Below are positions 50,199-57,425 of a DNA stretch of 64,000 bases, in pieces; positions within the stretch are counted from its first letter, which is position 1; each line of letters starts with the position of its first letter. This DNA comes from Elusimicrobiota bacterium. GTDB lineage: Bacteria; Elusimicrobiota; Elusimicrobia; F11. The position numbers and the translations under genes were made by a program. The stretch is taken from positions 32,001 through 96,000 of the forward strand of contig JBJXGI010000042.1 of assembly GCA_046153645.1 (NCBI GenBank), in the 5' to 3' direction. The notes beneath the pieces were generated by a model that was given only the letters and a program-made list of their open reading frames with translations, did not search any database and was not told the origin of the DNA.

Positions 50199-51365
50199 TC
50201 ACTCAGATTTATTTATATTTTTTTCTATAGGAGAAAAAAATGGAAAGAGACCCAATCCAACATCCAAACTAAATAGACCCCCGCCCATTACACACCAAAT
50301 CATAGCACGAATAATTTCAGCCAATTTATTTAGTTCCCCAAAGTCCAGTTTCCACCACTGATATATGATTACAGAAATTTGAATTCCAGTCAGAACGAAA
50401 AAAAACATCGCGCAATAGAACATCGCGGCGTTTTCACTATAAACTTTAAATTTTTCTAGTAATTTATTGGGTTTTGTTTCTCTATATCCACTGAGTCGAA
50501 CTAATATAAACGTATTTGTGGAAAGAAATAGTGGAATAGCAAGTCCGATTAGGATGAATGCCAAGTGATAACGTAAATATGAACCTGGGTTCCAATAAGT
50601 TTGAAATGATAAACCAAAAGCAACCGTAAGGCCTAAAATCCCAATTAATGCAGGAGTAAATATAATCATCATAGAAGGAGCATTACTTAAAATATATCGC
50701 AAATGACGCCAACCATCTCTCCATCGTGACAAATGTGGCGCTCGGTTGCGTTGATCTTTATGAAATTCAATGGGAACTTCGTGGTAACGCAACTTCAATT
50801 GAGCCGATCGAACCAACATTTCAGAGGCATATTCCATGCCAGGACAGCTTAAATTTAGGGTTAAATATGAAGATCTACGCAAAGCTCTCATACCGCTATT
50901 ACAATCGCTAATTTTTAATTTGTAAAAAAATCGAATTAGAAAAGATAAGAGGGGCGTTCCAAAATATCGGTTTAAAAGTGGCATGGCATTTTTTTGGATT
51001 GTTCCCTTAAGACGAGATCCCAAAACAAAATCGGCTCGATTTTCTTTAATTGGCTCAATCAATTCTTTAATATGTTGAAATGGATAGGATAAATCTGCAT
51101 CCCCGAATAAAATAATGTCAGATTGCGCTGACAAAATACCTTGATGGAGGGCACTGCCATAACCTCGGACTGAAACAGGTACAACTCGAGCGCCAGCTTG
51201 TAAGGCTAATTCCTGACTACCGTCCGTTGATCCATTATCAGCAACCAAAATCTCACCCTGAATATGACTAACAGAAAAACTTTTTTTCACATCTTCAATA
51301 CATTGTTTGATGGTAACTGCTTCATTTAAACAGGGAATAATAACGGTGACTAATGGTTTACCCAT
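50199..51365 (-). CDS. GT2 polyprenol-phosphate glycosyltransferase (DPM1-like) with about 4 C-terminal TM helices
   Basis: IPCLNEA, DNGSTDGS, GYG, DAD, GSR and WRDGWRHL. Confidence 0.9.
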   Translation of the reverse strand: MGKPLVTVIIPCLNEAVTIKQCIEDVKKSFSVSHIQGEILVADNGSTDGSQELALQAGARVVPVSVRGYGSALHQGILSAQSDIILFGDADLSYPFQHIKELIEPIKENRADFVLGSRLKGTIQKNAMPLLNRYFGTPLLSFLIRFFYKLKISDCNSGMRALRRSSYLTLNLSCPGMEYASEMLVRSAQLKLRYHEVPIEFHKDQRNRAPHLSRWRDGWRHLRYILSNAPSMMIIFTPALIGILGLTVAFGLSFQTYWNPGSYLRYHLAFILIGLAIPLFLSTNTFILVRLSGYRETKPNKLLEKFKVYSENAAMFYCAMFFFVLTGIQISVIIYQWWKLDFGELNKLAEIIRAMIWCVMGGGLFSLDVGLGLFPFFSPIEKNINKSE

Positions 51366-51384
51366 ATTTTTTAGATATTCAAGG

Positions 51385-51690
51385 CTAAAACCCAGGCAAC
51401 TTAATATTCATCTGTTTCATCATTTCCATGGCTTGTTCGGCGGATTTTTTGGTGAGTTCTTCAGCGGTATTTGAGATGATATTTTTTAGTTCTTCTTCGA
51501 GTAATGTTTTATTGGAAGCTTGTAAGAGAACAGGATCGATTTCCAATTGCTCCACTTTAAAGGCTCCGTTCATTGTTAATTTAATTTTCCCATCCAAGGC
51601 CGTCTTTTCAATTTTATTTTCTTCCTGCATTTTTTGCATTTGGCGGGCTTGTTTTTGCATATCGTAGAGCTGTTTCATTTTGTCGAACAT
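51385..51690 (-). CDS. YbaB/EbfC nucleoid-associated protein
   Basis: KQARQMQK, GKIKLTMNG, IDP.LL and C-terminal LPGF; GAGG RBS. Confidence 0.8.
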   Translation of the reverse strand: MFDKMKQLYDMQKQARQMQKMQEENKIEKTALDGKIKLTMNGAFKVEQLEIDPVLLQASNKTLLEEELKNIISNTAEELTKKSAEQAMEMMKQMNIKLPGF

Positions 51691-51873
51691 AAAAAACCTC
51701 TTAATTTTTAAGTAGAAACTTCATTTTAATTTTCAACGTTATATCTATCTTATAAATAAAACCAAAGAACAGCGATAATACAATCCGTTAATTGTTTAAT
51801 ATATTACCTTGATTTAATAAAGGGCCAGATATTTTTAACTGTTAGACACATGGTTTGTTCCGGCAAATGAAAC

Positions 51874-52341
51874 CTATTTCAAATTCCAAAGTTTTTTGAA
51901 TTCTTCGTTGATTTGATCAGTCTCCGTTTTATCCAACTTTTCGCGTTTTCTATCAGACTTGACTTTTTGGCCCAACATCAAAAAATCTTCGCAAGAAATA
52001 ACCCGTGCCTTCGCCATTTTGACCCACTTCTGGATGGTTTTATCGTTGGTCACAACAATCGCATCAGAAGGGTTTGACATGGAATCAACCAAATCCTTTA
52101 TGACATCATCCGCCTCTTTACCAAATGAAAACTTAACCTCTACAAAACCAGAGTCCAACCCCTGCATGGGAAAAGGCCTCCCATCAAAAACAGCGATCAC
52201 TCGATTTCTTGTACTTCCACTGGGCTTATTAATATTAAGGAATGAAAAAAATAGATTTTTTTGTGAATTGATGGGTCCCTCCCCAAATAATGAGGTGGAA
52301 TGAATAACATTAAACGCATCAATAATATAAATCACAGCCAT
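51874..52341 (-). CDS. NYN-domain RNase, YacP/Rae1-like
   Basis: IIDAFN, VFDG, EADDVI and VVTND acidic motifs. Confidence 0.82.
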   Translation of the reverse strand: MAVIYIIDAFNVIHSTSLFGEGPINSQKNLFFSFLNINKPSGSTRNRVIAVFDGRPFPMQGLDSGFVEVKFSFGKEADDVIKDLVDSMSNPSDAIVVTNDKTIQKWVKMAKARVISCEDFLMLGQKVKSDRKREKLDKTETDQINEEFKKLWNLK

Positions 52342-52349
52342 AAGTATTT

Positions 52350-52883
52350 TTAAATTAATCGCTCTGAATTCTTAAAAGTAATGAAATTTTTAGATAAAAC
52401 TCGAGCTGGGTATATAACAAGAGTGTTCCCCGTCCTTGTAACATCTGGGCATAAAAGGCCCACAATATCACCTTGAGAATAGAGGTTGGTTACAAATTCA
52501 TGCGGTTCTTTATAGGCATTGGGAATCTCTGAAGACTTGAGAAAATCCTCAATATGAAGCCCTAAATGAATGTGAACCTTTGGATCAGTTAAATCGAGAA
52601 TGTCATGCAAATGAATATCAAAACTCAGAAGAACATGTTGTTTCATACGATGGGGTAATAATCCTCTTTTCTCAATGGTCGCTCGACAAACTTCTGGTTT
52701 ATCAGAAAAATAAAGTGCTCCGAATTGATCCATTAAATTGTAACGATTAAAATATTTATAGGAAGGCCCGTCTTCTAACGCATATTTCATTTTATCTTCG
52801 GGAACAGCACGAAAATAAGTCCCCTGAATTTTTTTCAGCTGGCCTGATTTTTTTAAATGTTTAATTCTAGTATCGTTGATCAT
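52350..52883 (-). CDS. RES-domain protein (toxin-like NAD-consuming family), divergent
   Basis: YFR, NRYN, GALYFS, ILDLTDP, GLLCP and TLVIYP; TAATG overlap with the antitoxin gene. Confidence 0.75.
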   Translation of the reverse strand: MINDTRIKHLKKSGQLKKIQGTYFRAVPEDKMKYALEDGPSYKYFNRYNLMDQFGALYFSDKPEVCRATIEKRGLLPHRMKQHVLLSFDIHLHDILDLTDPKVHIHLGLHIEDFLKSSEIPNAYKEPHEFVTNLYSQGDIVGLLCPDVTRTGNTLVIYPARVLSKNFITFKNSERLI

Positions 52884-53239
52884 TACAAAGGATTTCCATG
52901 GGCAGCATTACCAAGAAGATCTTGAACAATACAAAACCCTCTCGGATCAGCCGCTAAACGAAGCGGAATAGAACCGCCTAATGCGCGGTTCGGTTCATGA
53001 AACCATTCACCCACAGAATTCTCATTTAAGGTTTGTTTGGCTAATTCAATAAGTTGTTGCCATTTAATAAGGGGAGCATAATGTTCAGGGGGACCATCTT
53101 CTACCCATCGGGCAATGGTTCTAGGGTTGGCCTCCAGTAAAAAAGCCATTTCAGCATCATTGATTTGAAGAATGGTTTGGATCTGCTCAAGAATATGTCC
53201 TGTTTTCTTTTGATGTATTTTTTTAGCAGGTGATTTCAT
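52883..53239 (-). CDS. Xre/MbcA/ParS-type antitoxin; start revised to ATG 53239
   Basis: HTH-like EMAFLLEANPRTIARW; C-terminal WFHEPNRALGGSIPL motif. Confidence 0.82.
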   Translation of the reverse strand: MKSPAKKIHQKKTGHILEQIQTILQINDAEMAFLLEANPRTIARWVEDGPPEHYAPLIKWQQLIELAKQTLNENSVGEWFHEPNRALGGSIPLRLAADPRGFCIVQDLLGNAAHGNPL

Positions 53240-53245
53240 AGGGAA

Positions 53246-53274
53246 AATATAGGTAATGTCGGACATATTGTCAA
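53246..53274 (-). promoter_or_regulatory. Sigma70 promoter of the antitoxin-RES operon with a palindromic operator
   Basis: TTGACA (53274-53269)-N17-TATATT (53251-53246); ATGTC-N-GACAT at 53256-53266. Confidence 0.72.
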
Positions 53275-54776
53275 TTTATTTTGTTATTAAGTCTGTTTAT
53301 CTTGCGCTTTAATCTTTTTCGCTGTCTTTGGTCAGGCGTACTGTCTAAGGCAGTCAACCATTCTTTAAGTGCCAAGTTAAATTTCTTTTCTCTAAAATAT
53401 CTATCTCCACTTTTTTCACTCTCTTTTGAAGAAAGTCGATGGGGTGAGCGCCGCTGTTTTGATTCCGCTTCTTTTTTAATGGTTTCTAGCCTTGCTTCTA
53501 GGGGAGTGGCAATCACATGAGGCGTAATAAACACCAAAAGTTCTGTTTTTTCTCGTGTTGAATCGCTTTTCCTAAAAAATATTCCAATTAAAGGTAAACT
53601 TCCCAAAATAGGAATTTTGCTTTGGGAAGATGATTTATCATCTTTAATAAGACCACCGATAACAACCGTCTGCCCATCTTGAACCAAAACAGATGTTTGA
53701 GCTTCTCGAGTGGCCAAAATGGGTGCATTAAGCTCCGCGTTAAACCCCAATATCTTTTTAATAAGCGGGTGAACTTTTAAAAATACTTCCCGGTTAACAT
53801 TGATCCGCGGCGTTACTTCTAGTTCTATTGCCACTGACTTAAAATCAAAACTGCGAATGGTTTCACCGCCTTGGATGTTGCGTGTTTGTGTGAGAACGGG
53901 AACTTCTTCACCCACACGAATAATAGCTGGCTGATTATTAAGGGTTAAAATATGCGGCGTTGATAAAATGTTGACGTTTTTATCAGTCGCCAAAGCCTGC
54001 AGCAAACCTTTCAAATTTAAATCGCTACGAATGAGCGCGTATTTCAGCCCCTCTGTGACAACCGAACCTACATTCAATTGCTGACTCAGTTCACCTGAAA
54101 ACTTCTGCCCCTGCTTTGAAAAAGATTCGCTATAAGACCATTCAACTCCCAATTTGGTTTGTTTGGTTAACGATATTTCCATGATCATCGCTTCTATTAA
54201 AACCTGCGGTGTTCTCACATCCACTGCATCTATTATTTTTTTAAATCGCTGAATATTTAATTTCATATCTGTCACAATTAACGAATTCATCCGTTCATCT
54301 GTTATAAGAACGCCTTCTCTTGAAGTGAGTGGACTTAACATTGTTTTAGCTTCAGGCGCAGACATGTATTTTAAAGGAATCACTTGCGTGATCATTCGAT
54401 TACTAGGAGAAAGTTGTTTAGAATCAAGACCGTCTATTTCTAAATTGGTTTGAGAAGCTTCAGCTCGAGTTAATACTTTCATCGAATTACTCCGCCCAGG
54501 GACCAGCGTAAACCCTTTTAAATCGAGAACTTCCTGAAAAAGGTCCAATGCTTCTGACGCACTCACTCGACGTGAACATGTTAATGAAATGAGGCCGTGG
54601 ATTTGATCACTTTTTATAAAAGCAGTGCCAGTTACTTCACTCATAAATCTTAAAACCAAATCAATATCAACATTTTCAAAATTCAGTGCCACTGTTGGTT
54701 CTTCAAGAGGGGCCTGTGCCCGAACCGGCCAAAGACTCAAATAACCAACAAACATTAAGAGAAATAATTTATACAC
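53271..54776 (-). CDS. gspD: Type II secretion secretin; start revised to GTG 54776
   Basis: Signal peptide MYKLFLLMFVGYLSLWPVRA; N0 domain (LNFENVDI); QVLIEA, LSTPHI and GQTVVIGGLI...KIPILGSLPLIG.FF...ITPHVI. Confidence 0.88.
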   Translation of the reverse strand: MYKLFLLMFVGYLSLWPVRAQAPLEEPTVALNFENVDIDLVLRFMSEVTGTAFIKSDQIHGLISLTCSRRVSASEALDLFQEVLDLKGFTLVPGRSNSMKVLTRAEASQTNLEIDGLDSKQLSPSNRMITQVIPLKYMSAPEAKTMLSPLTSREGVLITDERMNSLIVTDMKLNIQRFKKIIDAVDVRTPQVLIEAMIMEISLTKQTKLGVEWSYSESFSKQGQKFSGELSQQLNVGSVVTEGLKYALIRSDLNLKGLLQALATDKNVNILSTPHILTLNNQPAIIRVGEEVPVLTQTRNIQGGETIRSFDFKSVAIELEVTPRINVNREVFLKVHPLIKKILGFNAELNAPILATREAQTSVLVQDGQTVVIGGLIKDDKSSSQSKIPILGSLPLIGIFFRKSDSTREKTELLVFITPHVIATPLEARLETIKKEAESKQRRSPHRLSSKESEKSGDRYFREKKFNLALKEWLTALDSTPDQRQRKRLKRKINRLNNKIN

Positions 54777-54786
54777 AGGCTTAGCC

Positions 54787-55995
54787 CTACTTTCGGGAGG
54801 AAAATAATGAAACCAGAATTTTTTGATCAATAAGAAAATCAACTTGCTGAGAACTTTCATTAATAGCCGAAACTAAAAAGTTATCAATCCATTCTCCTTT
54901 TCGAACCAATTTCTTAGAGCGACCTTTGAACTCAAGAAGCGCCAGAGGTTCATGTCCGCTATGAACAATACTCAAGAGTTTTACATTTTCTAAAAACACG
55001 CTTTTAGTGACTTCTTCAATAGAGGGCGTGGGATGAACAGGAACAAAAGTGGAAACAAAGGGTTTTATTTTTCTATTTTTTTTAATTGGTTTTTTGGAAG
55101 GCAGAACATGCGCTTTAAATTCGTTTTTTTCCGGAAAAGTTTTATTTTCAAATAAATCTTTATCTATAAATATTCCTGAAACACAAGCAACCAATAACAC
55201 AACAATTATTCCTATAAAGAAAAAATATTTTTTTTTATTTTCCCGGGATACGGAATCAATCAGTTTGTTTCTTTTGCAAATTTTAAGCCCTAAAAATATT
55301 ATTTCCAAATATTTTTCTCGAGAGATGTATTCAATGTTAAGTTTACTTTTTAAATCTCTCACCAAACTCTGAAGATTGCTATTTTCTCTTAACACAATAA
55401 AACGGTATTGGTCTATTGTTGGAATGGGCTTAAGAAAAATAGAGGAAAAAGATTTTTTAAGAAAAATCAGCCGTTCTTCTCTCGTTATTAAATTTTCAAC
55501 ACAACTCACGTAAAAATACTTTTGAGCAGTTATCAGTATCACCTGAAACTGCGCCTTTCCCTCAAAAAGGAAAACAATATTCTGAGATTTAAATTGGGCA
55601 AGTATTCCCAATAACATAACAATCGGATAAGAAATATAAGCTTCTATTTCAAAACCTTTGTTTAAATAAATATCTAACCATATTTTTATTTTGGCGGTTT
55701 CCAAATATTGAATAAAAAACCGCTGGTTTTTATAGATGGAGAAAAAATGAGATAAATAGTGATCGATGAATGGTGGTTTTTGAATCGCGTTGAGTTCCAA
55801 GAGAGACTCTTGACGAGAAACCAATAAATCACATTTACCATTTTTGTTTCCTGTTACCTTTAAAGCCCGTGTTTTTAACAAGACTCCAAACCATTGATAA
55901 TAAAGGAGAATGGTTTCTCCAAAGATATCATTGAATATGAGGTGTCTTTTTTGAGGAATTATTCTTTCCAGTATTCGAGTTGCCATAAACCCCAC
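54787..55995 (-). CDS. Putative T2SS assembly-platform protein (cytoplasmic domain, TM, C-terminal GspC/PilP-like domain)
   Basis: Lies between the pseudopilins and the secretin; single TM; VKLLSIV...LALLE...LVRKGEWIDNFLVSAI. Confidence 0.5.
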   Translation of the reverse strand: MGFMATRILERIIPQKRHLIFNDIFGETILLYYQWFGVLLKTRALKVTGNKNGKCDLLVSRQESLLELNAIQKPPFIDHYLSHFFSIYKNQRFFIQYLETAKIKIWLDIYLNKGFEIEAYISYPIVMLLGILAQFKSQNIVFLFEGKAQFQVILITAQKYFYVSCVENLITREERLIFLKKSFSSIFLKPIPTIDQYRFIVLRENSNLQSLVRDLKSKLNIEYISREKYLEIIFLGLKICKRNKLIDSVSRENKKKYFFFIGIIVVLLVACVSGIFIDKDLFENKTFPEKNEFKAHVLPSKKPIKKNRKIKPFVSTFVPVHPTPSIEEVTKSVFLENVKLLSIVHSGHEPLALLEFKGRSKKLVRKGEWIDNFLVSAINESSQQVDFLIDQKILVSLFSSRK

Positions 55996-56303
55996 TTTTT
56001 TTCTAAACCCAATTCAACTTTTTTATGTTCATTTTTATTTTTCAATTGGATGAAAACTTGCTCATGATTCAAATACAATGAACCCTTTATAACTTTCAAA
56101 TTTTTGCACGCGCTCGCATGGAATTCGCCAAATAAACAATCAGCTATTCTTTGATTCATTTCAAAATCTCTGAGAACTTTTCTTTGAAAATTAATTGCGC
56201 TCCGGTTCAAATTTATCGCCGACAATAGAAAACCACTGACAGTAAAAACGAAAATTACTGAGAAGACAGAAACAAAACCTTTATTGTTTTTTAAGTTTTT
56301 CAT
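55959..56303 (-). CDS. Short GspK/PilX-like minor pseudopilin
   Basis: KG|FVSVF prepilin-like site without Glu5, followed by a hydrophobic helix. Confidence 0.55.
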   Translation of the reverse strand: MKNLKNNKGFVSVFSVIFVFTVSGFLLSAINLNRSAINFQRKVLRDFEMNQRIADCLFGEFHASACKNLKVIKGSLYLNHEQVFIQLKNKNEHKKVELGLEKKWGLWQLEYWKE

Positions 56304-56856
56304 TTATGAACGCTGTCATGAGCGGAAATAAAAATTTTTGATCAGATACATTCACTTTTATTGCCAAGGGAACACCCGCCATTCCTTTCATGATTTTCTG
56401 ACCTTCTTCATCCCATCCCCAATTGGACTTCCAATGAGTTCCATCAAAAAATTCCCAATGGATATTTTCAATATCAGTTAATAGTGTTTTTTCCTTAACT
56501 TGATTTTGTTGGTTTGTTGTTTTTTTCATAAGAGAATATAAACCCTTCTTATTTTTTTTAGGAAAATATTCGACCTGAATAAAATAAGGGTTTGAAAAAA
56601 CCATTTCCTGTGTTTTATCTTCCAAGGTTTTACCGGTAAAAAAGTAGGGCGACATCAAATCCCGAGAAACGGTTACTTCAAATTTATTAAAAGATTTATT
56701 TCTGTAAATCTGATTTACTTCAAAATGAATGTTTTTAAAAAAGTTTTTAACAAACACTTGAGAAATCTTAAAAAGAATCGCTAAAAGTGAAACGGCAATA
56801 ATGACTTCTATTAATGTAAACCCTTTATTAGAAAACAAAAATCTACTTGGTTTCAC
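56281..56856 (-). CDS. GspJ-like minor pseudopilin
   Basis: KG|FTLIEV N-methylation motif; FFDGTHW..NW and PLAIKV. Confidence 0.75.
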   Translation of the reverse strand: MKPSRFLFSNKGFTLIEVIIAVSLLAILFKISQVFVKNFFKNIHFEVNQIYRNKSFNKFEVTVSRDLMSPYFFTGKTLEDKTQEMVFSNPYFIQVEYFPKKNKKGLYSLMKKTTNQQNQVKEKTLLTDIENIHWEFFDGTHWKSNWGWDEEGQKIMKGMAGVPLAIKVNVSDQKFLFPLMTAFINEKLKKQ

Positions 56857-57031
56857 TTGTTATCCAGTCCATTTTTTTATGAAAAAGTTGAGATCTCAAA
56901 TCATTCGATTGAATCTGTGACTGGTGAAGCGTTTTAAGGGTTAAATGAGAAAATATAATGACAACAGAAACAAGTGAAATGGAAATAAGGATATCAATCA
57001 TCAAAAAACCATTTTTAACTTTATTCTTCAC
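56843..57031 (-). CDS. Very short GspI/H-like minor pseudopilin (62 aa, GTG start)
   Basis: MKNKVKNG|FLMIDILISISLVSVVIIF; forms the 3' part of ORF 56843..57280. Confidence 0.55.
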   Translation of the reverse strand: MKNKVKNGFLMIDILISISLVSVVIIFSHLTLKTLHQSQIQSNDLRSQLFHKKMDWITSETK

Positions 57032-57425
57032 TTTGAATATCATCTGAGGTGGAAAATTTTCCGTCAGCCCCTGGAGATATGAGCTGAAATTCTGAAGAAT
57101 GCTGTGGCGAGGTTTTATAAATAAATGCGCGTCCCCAAGGATCGAGCAATTGTTTCTTTTTAATATAAGGCCCTTTCCACTCTTCGCCATTTGAAATATT
57201 ACTTTGGAGCGCGGTAAGCCCTTCTTGATTATTCGGAATTCTCCCTGTATCAAAACTAAAACTATCAATGGCCATTTCAATGTTACTGATTTGAATTTGG
57301 CAAATTTTATTTTTGGCTTGAGAGTTTCTCGAAGACAATCGCGGAAGAGTTATGGAAAAAAGTAAACCAATAAGCCCTAAAACAAGTAACACTTCAAAAA
57401 GAGTAAAACCATTACACCTCTTCAT
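57021..57425 (-). CDS. gspG: Type II secretion major pseudopilin
   Basis: G|FTLFEVL, GL.AL, WKGPY, DPWG and S.GADG....DDI. Confidence 0.9.
   Translation of the reverse strand: MKRCNGFTLFEVLLVLGLIGLLFSITLPRLSSRNSQAKNKICQIQISNIEMAIDSFSFDTGRIPNNQEGLTALQSNISNGEEWKGPYIKKKQLLDPWGRAFIYKTSPQHSSEFQLISPGADGKFSTSDDIQSEE

Noticed and set aside
51385..51873. ybaB without dnaX/recR, and a possible small ORF in the 183-bp upstream gap
   Set aside because: Orphan ybaB genes are not rare; the only ATG-started ORF I noticed in the gap is 15 codons with no RBS
57032..57280. 5' part of ORF 56843..57280
   Set aside because: Alternative frame inside gspG; only the part from GTG 57031 looks like a pilin
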